Source of the DNA: Tubulanus polymorphus
Lineage: Eukaryota; Animalia; Nemertea
NCBI RefSeq assembly: GCF_964204645.1
Contig: NC_134030.1
Span: 12,855,947-12,919,946, forward strand
Direction: 5' to 3'
Length of the DNA stretch: 64,000 bases
Shown in pieces: positions 50,493-63,418 of this stretch (position 1 is the first letter of the stretch; every line of letters begins with the position of its first letter). Both the position numbers and the translations under genes were made by a program. The notes under the pieces were generated by a model, which worked only from the letters and a program-made list of their open reading frames with translations, had not been told where the DNA came from and searched no databases.

Positions 50493-52091
50493 CCAGCGAA
50501 GAAATACGCTCGAAATGCAGATAGAAAGCCACAATATTCAGAAATTTGAGTGTGTCATTACCTGTTTCGGATGCATGTTTATATACACTTTTTCTGTTGG
50601 TTTATTACGGAATTATTTAGGAGTTGGTTTGTGCCAAAACTAATTTTTCCGCTTTTGCTTCATCACTTTCGCTATTCGTCAAATGACGGGGTCTGACTAT
50701 ATTGTACCACAACCACTTTTTTAGCCCGTCGTTTCTGGTAGTTCAATAACTGCTGACATTTTAGATTTAACCGAACATACGATAGCGATGTCGCTTTAAT
50801 CAGATGAAAGCATAACAAAGCCTTACATAGAATACATACAAAGTCATGAGTAAGTCTACTTAGTTATTATTATCATTATCTTTATTGTTCCATTATTTTA
50901 CTAAATTTCGAGCACAGAAAAGAAAATACATTATTGTCACAAACATATATACAAATTATAGTTAGGTTTTCGGTTTAAATTCCGCTAAGTTTCATTAATT
51001 CCATTAAATAATTAACATTATGGAAACTTTGTTCGTACCAGATGTAACCTAAAACACAGTTCTCAAAAATCGATTGAATGTAACTAGTCCATTTACTAGG
51101 CTTATCGTTGAGGTGATTTTGATATACTATACGGTAAATCTTCCCAGAATGGGTATCTCGTGTAAAAAAAGGTGGGCCCAAAATTTAACTACTTTTAGTT
51201 TTACTTGAATTTCTATTGGAAAACGTCCAGTTTCTCCATATACCATACAGTTTGGCGTAGAGCGCTTTAATTTCAAAATATATTTACAGAAAATGAGGTG
51301 TATACGTTCTATTTGTGTAGGGTTTGCAAACCCCAGACCTCGCTACCAAAAGTTAGGATGGGTTCGACTAATGCGTCAAATAAACGATAGGCTACATCCA
51401 CATCCAGAAAATATTGTTCTACCTGCTTAAGTACATAATAGAGTGCTTTTTTGAATTTTCGCAAACAGATTTCCTGCACTTTGCAAAATTACCAGTATAA
51501 CTGAAAATTATTCCAAGGTATTTAAACTCTGATACCGTTTCTATTGCAGACCCTCTGATTCGAAACACAGGTTGTCAAGTTGACCATCGTTTTTCCAAAG
51601 ACCATAGCTTTTGTTTTGGTTATGTTAATTATAAATTTCCAGGTATCGCAGTATTCTGCAACTCGATTAAGATTGTTCTGCAGGCCTTGGGCCGTATCAG
51701 ATAGCAGTATAGTGTCATCTGCATATAATAATAAGAGTAAATTGAAACTATGCTCTTCACCATCTTTTTCCAATTGGAAAGAAAATCCCTGGCAACCATT
51801 TTCATATGAAGTTGACTCAAGGTCATTGATAAATATGGAAAAAAGGCACCGGTGACAAATTTTCTCCCTGTCGCAATTCGACACAGCTGTCAATAGACTC
51901 AGACATTTCTCCTTTAACTGAAACTTTCGATTTGATTTGTCATACATATTACGTATTAATCTCAAAATATTGCCGGTTATTCCTGTTGAAATAAGCTTAT
52001 ACCACAGTGCTTTCCTCGATATTGTGTCAAAATGCCTTTTGGTAGTCGATGAATACACAATAGAGTTTACGCTTATCATAAAGTAAGATAT

Positions 52092-53171
52092 TGTTCCGCG
52101 GTCCCTTTCTCTATTGTCTTTTTCCTCTATTACAAACTCCGGTCCCTGGCGAGAAAGTCGACCACGAACACAGAAACCCGAAAACCAAGGAATAAAAGGA
52201 ACTCCGGATTTAAATATGATAATACTCAACTTTTATTCTACAATTTAATCTGAACTTTAGTCTCAACAATTTATAAAATTCCCTATTATTAATTTCGAAT
52301 TTTGTTACAAATCCCGCACACAAGAAGATGCAATTCAACCGGATAGCCGAAAGTTATCTGTTCTATAGTCTTCTAATGCTTCCCCTGAAAATGCTCTCTA
52401 AAATAGTTCGCTCTCTCTCGAGGTGCGGCCCCTTTTATACGGCTGCGTCCACACCCAAGAAAAATCCAGAACCCTGCTTGCGGCCAGCCGTAAAAGGGAA
52501 CGAGCAACCAACGCAGCACCACGACGCAGAGCTGGGGTCCTGATTCCTAGACTTTTCATTCGCTGCTAACTTTAACCCGACCCTCGACGTCATGATACCT
52601 GCCGGTCTGCTCTCCTTCTCAACCGCACCAAAGAGATTACATACTATTTTTCCAACCCTCGAACTCATTTATTTTTAACTTATCCAATGAACACAATTCC
52701 CATAATGAACGATATTTAATTTTGTCTAAATAGTAATATACAATGTAAGCCGAAATATCATCTTTCTTATTTATATTCTTTAATATTATTAGTACATTCA
52801 AATTTAAACACACGTCAAACTCTTATTAATTAAAATAATAAAACTCTTTAATATTACTTTTTAATATTACTCTTTAAAATTACTCATTATTATCGATTTA
52901 TCAGACTAAGTGTCAGCGAGTGTTTCATAAGTTTATTTCATAATTGCTCATTTCCACGAATTCTTCTCATGACTACAGCGCCGTGATTACCTTCAAATGA
53001 TTTAGAATGCTCGTCTGATACAAGTATAAATGTTTCAGACAAACAACCATTAAGGCGGATAATGTATTATCGTACATAACGAACAATGCGTGTGTTCTCC
53101 CAGGACATGCCAAGAAACCTACGTATATAAATCGTTTGATCTTTTTGAAAGTACAATTCAGCTGCGGATCA
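52092..53171. mobile_element. Solo LTR (probably Gypsy), 1080 bp
   Basis: TGTTCCGC...GCGGATCA ends, 4-bp TSD ATAT; removal restores HSLVNILLYDKRKLYCVFID. Confidence 0.8.
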
Positions 53172-54904
53172 ATATTCACTAAAGAGTGCAAAGTAAATAC
53201 GTGATCCATGATACTGTGATTCTTTCTGAACCCAGCTTGGTTTTCATCCAACAATTGATCTTAGGAAATTCGTCTAAACGCTCGTTGATTACGCTAGTGA
53301 ATAATTTACTCAGGCAGCTCAAGAGAGTTATTCCTCTGTAATTTTTTGCAACAGAAACGACCCGAAGACATATTTGGATGAAAATGCCAAGTGCCCTACC
53401 TGCCTGACGTTTATTATATACAAAACATAAAAATTAGAAATGTCAAAAACGCCCTAGCTGTTTTTGACGTATACAAAAAAAACCATTACAAACTTCTTAA
53501 CTAATATTTAGACAATGATATTATAAACATAAAATCATAAAATTATGGCCAAAACGCCCTAGCTTTTTTGACCTAGTTATGGAGATGAATAATACAGAGT
53601 TACGTAATATTAAGACGAAGTCAAACGCCCTAGCTGTTTGACCTAATTAATTAATGAGTTAATACGCCAAAGTGGGCTCAGAAAATGCCACCAATTCGAA
53701 AGGTGCTAAGGAAGGGGATGGTGGGTGGTAAAACGTAACCTTTCACGCTCGGGAAGCGGAAGAGAAAGGAACTTGTACTCAACAGTGATTGCCTGAGAGA
53801 ACGAAGAGATATATTGGCGGCGCCACCAGCTGGAGGCGCCTGGCAAAGCGCTCGGTTCGTTTCGGTCGCAAAAATGTTGATGAGCAATCGTTACTCGCCC
53901 ATCTCTTGTTTTTTGCAACAGAAACGACCCGAAGACATTATTTGGATGAAAAGGCCAAGCGCCCTAGCTGCTTGACGTTTATTATATACAAAACATAAAA
54001 ATTAGAAATGTCAAACACGCCCTAGCTTTTTTTGACGTATACAAAAAAAACCATTACAAACTTATTGACTAATATTTAGACAATGATATTATAAACATAA
54101 AATCATAAAATTATGGCCAAAACGCCCTAGCTGTTTTGACCTAGTTATGGAGATGAACAATACAGAGTTACGTAATATTAAGACGAAGTCAAACGCCCTA
54201 GCTGTTTGACCTAATTAATTAATGAGTTAATACGCCAAAGTGGGCTCAGAAAATGCCACCAATTCGAAAGGTGCTAAGGAAGGGGATGGTGGGTGGTAAA
54301 ACGTAACCTTTCACGCTCGGGAAGCGGAAGAGAAAGGAACTTGTACTCAACAGTGATTGCCTGAGAGAACGAAGAGATATATTGGCGGCGCCACCAGCTG
54401 GAGGCGCCTGGCAAAGCGCTCGGTTCGTTTCGGTCGCAAAAATGTTGATGAGCAATCGTTACTCGCCCATCTCTTGTTTTTTGCAACAGAAACGACCCGA
54501 AGACATTATTTGGATGAAAAGGCCAAGCGCCCTAGCTGCTTGACGTTTATTATATACAAAACATAAAAATTAGAAATGTCAAACACGCCCTAGCTTTTTT
54601 TGACGTATACAAAAAAAAACATTACAAACTTATTAACTAATATTTAGACAATGATATTATAAACATAAAATCATAAAATTATGGCCAAAACGCCCTAGCT
54701 GTTTTGACCTAGTTATGGAGATGAACAATACAGAGTTACGTAATATTAAGACGAAGTCAAACGCCCTAGCTGTTTGACCTAATTAATTAATGAGTTAATA
54801 CGCCAAAGTGGGCTCAGAAAATGCCACACAGCCACCCATATGTGGCTTAGCCCACAGAGACTATCTAGACAGCCTGCCCACGGTGCCGCCTGGTGGAGTC
54901 TGCG

Positions 54905-55240
54905 GTACATTTTCCGGACAAGGGTCATCATGGCTCTGTCCCGTGAAGACTGACGATTGATGACATGAACAACCGCTTGATTGTCAGAATGAAAACATAT
55001 GGTCTTATTCCGCCATTGCTCATCCCAAACGGCTAGAGCCGCTACAATTGGGTACAGCTCTAGGACTGCAATGGAGTAATTTTTCCAACTGGTCGGCCAG
55101 GCGCCACTGAACCAATGGGGCCCAAATATAGCCCCGTATCCCAACGCCCCCGCAGAGTCGGTATAAAGGTTCAACCGTTCGTTAGTCAATCTCCTGTCGT
55201 CTATGAAAAACGACTTGGTTGAAGCCTGCGAGAAAAACAC
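54905..55240 (-). pseudogene. DIRS/Ngaro-type RNase H fragment
   Basis: LYTDSAGALGYG..WFSGAW..IAVLELYPIVAA..W..FHSDNQAVVHVIN..SRD. Confidence 0.85.
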
Positions 55241-55597
55241 GCCAGACGTGGAGATCTTTTTTGGACTCGGGCGTGAAATGACTTATGAGGCACGCCGACC
55301 GTCAGATCAATCAATGTGTATTTGCAGCTCGGTGTTTGCAGGGATGGCGTTGACCTGGGGTAACAAAGAGACCGCTCTTTCGAGAGTCTCCAGAAGGCGG
55401 TCTGCCCGAGCCTCCTTCTCTGAGATAGCCCCAGCTGGCGCTTTCCTTCGCTTGTTTACGGCTGGGGTTGCCTGTTGCTTTCTCTTGTTGCGCTGCATTA
55501 TTACTTTGACTACCAAAACACAAAATACGTGCGGGTTATTAACCATACCAGTATTATGAATAAGACCTGCCTACCACAGGCCCTCTGTGATTATCCA

Positions 55598-58535
55598 ACG
55601 GGCACCTGGTCAGGAAAATTAAGCCTTAATATTAATTATTATTTCGTGGGCACCTGCCCAGAAGCAGGAAAATTAAGCCCTCATATTAATGATTATTTCG
55701 TGGGCACCATGGCCAGAAGCAGGAAAATTAAGCCCTAATATTAATGATTATTTCGTGGGCACCTGCCCAGAAGCAGGATAAAGGTCCAATGGCCCTGTGG
55801 CTCACCATTATATCATTGAGTGCATATATTGTCAAAAATATTATACTAAATATGAATTAATTAGGATTAGAGATGTATGAGGCTGACAATTATGCGCCTG
55901 CGGATGCGCGAGAGTGCCTAGTCTACTATTATTGCCTACTCGCTCAGGTGATTACTAACACACATACTGTAACCTATATTCGCACACACGCGGCTGACTG
56001 CTGACGCGCGTATATACAAATGTACAGTCTATCCCAGCGGATATGATCGCGGCATTTCACTATCAAAGAGCCAGTATCAACAACAATTTAATTGGTACTG
56101 ACAACTGTAAGTGGTCAAACTCACACTGAGCATCACTGACTCGCTGGACCCCAGCTGCTTGTTACTATGGTTATAGGCAAGAGTGAATAAAGAGCAAAAC
56201 TTTTCCAAACTTACACAAAGAAAATGAAGAAATTAGCAGTGAAAAATCAGTTTTGAAGTCTTGTTGCATTCAAGAGTGAATATTTTCTGAGGATACCAAA
56301 GTCAATGTTTACATTGCAAAGTGTCAGAACTAATTGCCAAGTTGAAACATTATATTTAGACGGCTAAATAGCAGCACACGACTCACTCACGATGAGATAA
56401 TTTCAGATAATAAGTTAATCCACAAATAGTCGTTATTTGTCAACATATTGAACATAGTCTAAGTTTAATTGTTCGGTGCATAAAATAAGAAATTAATCCA
56501 CGAAAACTTGAATTTCATGCTTAAATATATTTTAATTAGTAATGTGTTCTTTGAGAATATAGAAATAAAACAAATCCAGAGGAATAAAGATGACCAGGAT
56601 GGGAAAACTTTTAGTATTATTCACTCTTGTGTGTAGTAGTCGCCTGACCTCAAAAGCGACGCAGTATTAGATTGACCGCAATGTCACAAGTCAGAAACCA
56701 TCCATCGACAAAATGTAAAAAAAAAAATACAAACATATACAGACTTCGGCAAACGTACGATTTTAGTCGAATAAAATGCTCGCCATTTTGTTTTGGGTTC
56801 ACATTAGGCTTTCCCAATGGGCTTTCCCAATTACATCAGAAACGCCAGAATTCCCGTATATCCCACAAACAGCCAATCACATTCATTGCATCCTCCCTTT
56901 GCAGGGACTCGAACCCGATGGCATCGCTACACTCAGCCAAGGCACGAACCCCCGCCACAAACGACCATGTGCGCAGTCACATGCGCACTATCCGAACGAA
57001 AACTGGCGGCACCAATCAGATTGCTCGTTGTATAATCGCTTTGGCAATCAATTCCAATATGGATTCTGTTTCGTCTCTGAGTAAATTCGAACTGCAAATA
57101 TTTGAAGAAATCTGTCGTAGTTTCGGTTTGGAAAGTTTATCGAGTCATCAGATGTTGTGTTTGATAACTGTTTGATAACAAAGCACACGAGAACGAACAA
57201 ACAAACCATGCTTCGACAACCCGGAAATCATATAAATGGGAAAACCCGGGCGGAAGTATGGACCAAATGAAACATGATTTCTGATTGGCTGACAATGACA
57301 TCACGGTAAACCTGCGCATGTATCTGCACACATGGTCGCCCATGGCAGGGTCTCGTGCCGTGGCAATCTCGATGCCATCAGGTTCGAATCTCTGCCGGGG
57401 GAGGATGCATTCATTGTAGCTCAGGTTACAAGGTCAACTCAAATAAATAGGAGCGAGGAAATTTAGGGGGTTTAGGGGGTTTTAGGGAAATTTAGTGAGG
57501 GCCTGTAGGTCGAAAAGCACATTGAGATCAATCGAACTAAAAACGGCGACACTTCCAGGAAGGATTGAACTTTAATATATTTCAATTCCAAGCATGCAAA
57601 TTGTCATATGTAAAAACGTGCCATTACTTAGTGCTAAAAGCGGGGTTTTTGCGTGTTTTTCAAGAATAAGTCCCCTAAAAATAACTCGATCACTATGAAA
57701 TTTTTGTGGGCTCGAGAACTCATTAAGCCAAACCATGACACCAAAAATCAACACTATTGGTTCAACAGCCAATGTTTGTGCCTTGTTGACACACCGGTAC
57801 TCTATTCATTTTCGATGAAAACTGCTTCATCAGACCGTTTAGATAGGCAAACCTACGGTTTGCCAAAAATTAAGGCCTAATATTAATGATTTTTTCGTGG
57901 GCACCTGCCCAGAAGCAGGAAAATTAAGCCCTAATATTATAATTATTTTCTGGGCACCTGCCCAGAAGCAGGAAAATTAAGCCCTAATATCAATAATTAT
58001 CTCGTGGGCACCTGCCCAGAAGCAGGAAAATTAAGCCCTAATGTTAATGATTATTTCCTGGGCACCTGCCCAGAAGCAGGAAAATTAAGCCCTAATATTA
58101 ATGATTATTTCCTGGGCACCTGCCCAGAAGCAGGAAAATGAAAATTAAGCCCTAATATTAATGATTATTTCGTGGGCACCTGGCCAGAAGCAGGAAAATT
58201 AAGCCCTAATATTAATGATTATTTTGTGGGCACCTGCCCAGAAGCAGGAAAATTAAGCCCTAACATTAATGGTTATTTCGAGGGCACCTGCCCAGAAGCA
58301 GGAAAACTTAGCCCTAATATCAATAGTTATTTTGTGGGAACCCGCCCAGAAGCAGGAAAATTAAGCCAAATATTCATGATTATCTCATGGGTACCTGCCT
58401 AGAAGCAGGGAAATTATGCCCTATACCAATGTGTATTACAGGAAAATTAAGCCCCCATATTAAATATTGTTTCATGGGCACCTGCCCAAAAGCAGGAAAA
58501 TTAAGCCCGATATTAATGCTTATCTCCTGGGCACC
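55598..58535. repeat. 54-bp minisatellite, split by the insertion at 55779-57866
   Basis: Unit GGGCACCTGCCCAGAAGCAGGAAAATTAAGCCCTAATATTAATGATTATTTCGT; ~3 copies left and ~12 copies right of the insertion. Confidence 0.92.
55779..57866 (+). mobile_element. Non-autonomous Helentron/HINE-like element
   Basis: 5' AAGGTCCAATGGCCCTGTGGCTCACC; 3' hairpin GGCAAACC-TAC-GGTTTGCC then A run; inserted in the A run of a minisatellite unit without TSD. Confidence 0.7.
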
Positions 58536-58950
58536 TCCAGTACTGTAGCATATTTTAAAAACCTTATGATAATGATCGGGAAAAAAGCACGCCCTAATCA
58601 ATGGTTATTGCAGGATTAGTAAAAAATCCCATGGGCCCCTGGCCAGAGGCAGGCAAAATTCAACCCCTCCTCAATGAAGACCAGGTAAAAAACTAAAAGC
58701 TAATAACGTGCATAGAAACATCAAACTGTATCATTTCCCAGCATCCGAGCATTAAGTGTTTGGCTCAAGGATTACTAAGTACGTAAACTATATATATTTT
58801 AAGGAGGCTGTATCAAACAATAATTTATTTATTTATTTATTTGTTTACTATATATTATTTTTTTAAAAATTATAAGTCACATGGGGCCCTACCTTATTAA
58901 TACATATGCATTTATGTATGCATGTCCATATCTGTACATATTTCCATGAT

Positions 58951-59571
58951 TCAGACCCTTTCACTTCTATTATTCCCGAGACACTTCCCGGCCTCAACCA
59001 TCGCCCCACGGAGTGACCGATATAGTTTCATATTGCCCTGTTTGTTCAAGTGAACTAGATCCCCACCATACAGATTATATCTAGAATTCCAAAACCCACG
59101 ATGCCGCCAAGAAAATATCTTTTCGCACCCTGTGCAAGCGGCGTGCAGGAATTCCTGCGCTAGTCTAACCCTACTATTCCCAGTAATTTCGTTAAAACTG
59201 CGCCATCTCTGGCGGCGAATAGGGTTACATATATACACAACAGCGCCGGTACGCTCGACAATAGCATTAGCGTATTGAAAAATTTTCATCCCAACAAGCG
59301 CTGGGGTCAGATACCGGTTATCTAGGTCGTTCGACCCAATCTGTAGCAAAACTAATGTAGGCCGCTGCTAACAGAGCAATGAGAGAACATCACGGTTTAT
59401 CAACATGTCTACAGTTGCTCCCCCAATACCGATCAAATGAGGCGCCGTAAAATCTAAACCAGCTAGATCCCAATCGGAATTAACAATAGAGGAAGCACAA
59501 CTATTCTCCCTCACAAAATCACCCAGGCGCCTTATATAACTATGGCCTACGACTACAATGTTCTTAGACAT
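58951..59571 (-). pseudogene. SGNH/GDSL hydrolase of the Ngaro element, one in-frame TAG at 59368-59370
   Basis: VVGHSYIRRL (block I), GIGGAT (II), QIGSNDL (III), DLVHLNKQG (V); the two ORF-track pieces are in the same frame. Confidence 0.85.
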
Positions 59572-62224
59572 CCTATCTAAAAGTTCTGGTATACAAAAAT
59601 ACCGGATGAGTACGTAAAAAGAGGATAATCAACGATTAGAAAAGGAGAAATAAAACGTAACCTTTCACGCTCGGGAAGCGGAAGAGAAAGGAACTTGTAC
59701 TCAACTGTGATTGGCTGAGAGAACGAAGAGATATATTGGCGGCACCACCAGCTGGAGGCGCCTGGCAAAGCGCTCGGTTCGTTTCGGTCGCAAAAATGTT
59801 GATGAGCAATCGTTACTCGCCCATCTCTTGTTATCTGAGTCACTAGGGTCACTTTTATTCTTGAAAATGGGACAGATGATTCCATAGACCAACTTTCTGG
59901 TACATTGCCGGTTTCCAGTATCTTATTAAAAAGTAAAACTAGAGAAAGGCAACATAATGTCTTCTGCATTTTTTAAGGAATTCATTCATAATTTCATCAT
60001 TAACCGGGGATTTATTATTTTTAAGTCGTTTTATGAAGTTAAGATATCTCTTCTATGGTGATAGTTCTGTTTAAAGCGTCATCGTTCAAATTAAAAAAGT
60101 TTGCAAAAGCTTGCATTTTTGAGGTTTGGGTTTTCGTTTCCTACTTCATCCTGGTTAATCTTAGAAAAATGATTAAACATGTCATCCAGAGAGGCCTTAC
60201 GGTCTTAAGTTCTATCTTTAGAGAAAAACTTCCAAAATTGTTTCGGATCACTCTTTGCTATTTTTTTGATACATTCATTTTGCTGTTTTGTTTTCTTCTG
60301 TTTGACCTTTTTGATTGCTATTGTATAATTTCTATAAATTGTATTTAGTCTGTTTCTCTTAAGATCATTACGATTATTCGTAATTTTCCGTTTGATGGCT
60401 TTTCTGTAAATTCCAATTCATCGAAAAGGTCAATTTTACCGTACCTTGTCGTTTCTGGTGGGATATAGATACCGCCAATAATAAAATTTGTATCCAATCC
60501 TAGTAAATCTTTACCTACTTCTATCCATTGGACACTTGAACTTTTTTCAATAGTTTTTATGTGTTTAGTTATAGATTCTCTGAAAGCAATCAAAATTCCA
60601 CCAGATTTTCTTAAGGCTAATCTAAATCTATTGTTAAAAACATTTTGAAAACCTAAATAGTGAAAATATTGTTTCGCCCATAATTCATCGGAGTCTTCGT
60701 TCGAGTTTTGTCTCGGTAAACACAAGAATATCTGCTGATTTACACAAGTAGTCAAAATCAATAATATAAGACTTAAGTTTTAGCCCGCAAATATTAAGGC
60801 TAAGAATTTTCAGTTTCACACCGTTTTCTGGCTCGGTTGTGTCCTATACACTCGAGTTCAGTGATTCACACACATTAGGCTGTTCGTAGTTCTCTGGGAT
60901 TACTTGGTCTGAATCCATTTCAATATTGAGACGTGCGCTTTGTAACGCTTCACTGACATTAACCGGTTCATCAGATGACGATACTCGTGGTCGTTTCGGA
61001 TCGGTTTTTTTGAGGTGCGTCCGTTTTTGTGCTGTTGGTTCGACCTACGGCTACGACTTGGCGCCAACGTAGACTGTCTCTCTCCAGAGCTGACAAGACG
61101 ATTAGCACGGAAGGCGAAAATCTCAATTGAGGGTTCCGTTGTCTGAGAATCTGCGGTTGTCCTGTTCGGATGGTCTTTTTTTGGTTGATTTTGAAATTCA
61201 CTCCCATCACCTTCATACAATTCCGAATTGACAAACAGATTGCCCTGCCAATTAAAAAATGCTTTGTTTCCAGCTTTTATGGCTGGTTTTTTAATTGGCA
61301 GTTTTTCACGGATTTCAGCGGCATTTTCTGGCTGTGATCTTCACTGATCGAGATTTTGGTATTCTTGAGTTTGAATGCTTTCTGTCTTACGCGCTCTCTG
61401 CCAGAGTACAAAACAAAACGCGCGATAATTGTTTTGTTTGCTGCTTTGCTTCTATTAAGTCGATGTACTCTCTGAAACTTGATCTCCTCTACGTCTTCGA
61501 TCTTTAAGTACAAGTATCAGTATTTATTCACATAATAGATTGATACAAATTGATACAAAGCATTTAAGTATAGATGTATAATAAAAAAACAGTGTAGCAA
61601 TAAATTATGCGAGGGGCTAGGCAAAGCCAAATTAACTGCTTAAATGAGTCCTTTCCCCTTCACAACATACACACACCCTTCTCACAATCATTCACTCGTT
61701 ACACAATCATACTAGAAAAGTAGCATAATAGATCTAACCAAAATTTATTAGATCTATTATGGTAGATTGGTAGGAGAAACATGGCGGACCGGTGGCAGTC
61801 AGGAAAATGAGCTCCTGCATTTCCTGGATATTTGGATATTATATTGGCAGGAAACTGTAAGTGGACATTTTCAACTACCTCAACTTTCTCTGAGAAACTG
61901 CGGAGTGTAAACCGATAAGCCAAAAAATCTGCGAGAAAGGCGAAAAGAAGTTTTTAATTTTGTTCAACTCAAACATTTCCGATCTCAATCACGCGCCCGT
62001 TTTGCACTTGCTCACATGATAGTGAGCTGGAATTAGTAGCGTTCCTAAACTTTTAATTAGCAGCGATCAAGTTGAAGTATCGTATTTAGTTATAAACTGT
62101 CTGGCAACTTTTTTTGGTGAGTTTTCGCAAGATTCATACCAATTTTAACATACTGGTCACGCGTCACCGCTCTCCTATGCTCGCGTATGTCCGCAAACAT
62201 AATTCATAACCTCGTGAATACTGA

Positions 62225-62902
62225 TTGTTAGCGCTGTTGATCATGGATTCGAATGGAGAAAACAGTCACAATAGCCCAGCAAACACAGGTAACTATAGAA
62301 ACGCCGGACCACCTCGCAGTGAATGTTTTAAGATTGGAAACCTCCTGCAGGAGGTCCTCAACAAAGTTAGCGTTTTACCAGATTTAAACGAGAAAGTCGA
62401 TTCACTATCTGCAACTCGCGTTTCTAGTGTCGAGAATGATCTAAAAGCATGCAGAAACTCAGTAACAAACGCAAATAACGCACAAGGAGAACTCAGACAT
62501 AACGTGAACCAAGCTTTAAAATCTCTGGCTGAAACTACCAAGTTAGCCGAAAAGAACGCGCAACGTATCGAATATCAAGAAAACTACGGGCGTCGCGAAA
62601 ATTTGATTTTCAATGGAATTCCAGAGCAAAACACCGAGAATTGCGAACTTCTAATCCGTAAGATCATTAAAGAAAGATTAGAGATCAACGACTCTGATAG
62701 TATTAAATTTCAAAGAGTGCATAGACTATATAGGAAAGTTGAAAGAAACATCCCGCGCAGTATTATCGCACGATTTGTTCACTTCCCCGATAGAGAACGC
62801 GTTAGACGTCAGGCTTACAAACTCCGTAACAGTGAATTTTCAATAAGTGAGGATTATAGTAGTGAAACCACAGCAAAAATACGGGCAAAAAAGCCGCAGT
62901 AG
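62225..62902 (+). CDS. LINE ORF1 (coiled coil + L1-type RRM), 3' part cut off by the Kolobok element
   Basis: ENYGRRENLIFNGIPE, FQRVHRL, PRSIIARF, ISEDYS; paralogue of 61277-61513. Confidence 0.8.
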   Translation: MLALLIMDSNGENSHNSPANTGNYRNAGPPRSECFKIGNLLQEVLNKVSVLPDLNEKVDSLSATRVSSVENDLKACRNSVTNANNAQGELRHNVNQALKSLAETTKLAEKNAQRIEYQENYGRRENLIFNGIPEQNTENCELLIRKIIKERLEINDSDSIKFQRVHRLYRKVERNIPRSIIARFVHFPDRERVRRQAYKLRNSEFSISEDYSSETTAKIRAKKPQ

Positions 62903-63200
62903 AAGCCGGCCATTAAAGGGTAACTGACACTTTTTTTTTTATTTCAAAATTCGATAAGTTCTATCGAACTAAGGAAGACTTTGAAATAGTTCTGTTCAAA
63001 AATGTGTAGTTTCCGCGAAAATCGTGATTTTGTAAGACAATTTTTGACCTCATTTCGTTGTATACATCGCGTTAGAAATCATCGGCAATTTCCGTCGATC
63101 TCCGGCGCTGTGACGTCAATAAAGTGAGCACTGAAAATTCTCTTCTATGAGATAACGTTGCGTTTTTACTACTCGGCGTGTTTTCACTGCTTTTTCTCAA

Positions 63201-63418
63201 ATGCCAAATCGTTGTGTTTGCTTTGGGTGCGATTATTCGGATAGGGGTATATTTCTTTTTCCGAAGAATCCTGTTCTTCGAGAAAAATGGGCTTCTTTTG
63301 TAGGTTTAAAGCGATTGAATTGGAGCGGCCCAACGTCGAATAGCGTCGTGTGTTACCGGCATTTTACCAACGATGATTTCGTTAATAAAATGCAGTATGA
63401 TGCACAATTTGCAAAGAG
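63201..63418 (+). CDS. THAP zinc-finger protein exon 1
   Basis: MPNRCVCFGC..FPK..W..VCYRHF (C2CH); donor AG/GTAAGT at 63419. Confidence 0.88.

Larger units (their letters stand above)
53342..59830 (-). mobile_element. Ngaro/DIRS tyrosine-recombinase retrotransposon, internally deleted
   Basis: Split direct repeats A1 (59651-59830) ... B1-A2-B2-A3-B3 (53342-54826, 568-bp period); DIRS-type RNase H; SGNH hydrolase; inserted in the LINE at DNYRG with only an AA overlap. Confidence 0.85.
50865..61513 (-). mobile_element. CR1/L2-group LINE (L1-type RRM ORF1 + APE + RT), decayed, with two nested insertions
   Basis: ORF1 FQRVHRL..IIARF (61277-61513); APE SGGI..GIYIPP; RT NYRGITLLSCLSKLF, ENQAGFRKNHS, FIDYQKAFD, LLYADD; AATAAA plus (TAA)-like tail at ~50865-50886. 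Confidence 0.85.

Noticed and set aside
53678-54566. Duplicated 69-70 aa ORFs
   Set aside because: Lie within the Ngaro terminal repeats; no coding hallmarks
57810-57840. CTGATGA...GAAA on the minus strand as a second hammerhead
   Set aside because: No stem II between the core boxes and no stem III or cleavage triplet; a competing hairpin covers the core
57867-58535. CRISPR-like regularity and the GTCPEAGKLSPNINDYFV repeat ORF
   Set aside because: Units are contiguous with no unique spacers, no cas genes, eukaryotic context; it is a minisatellite
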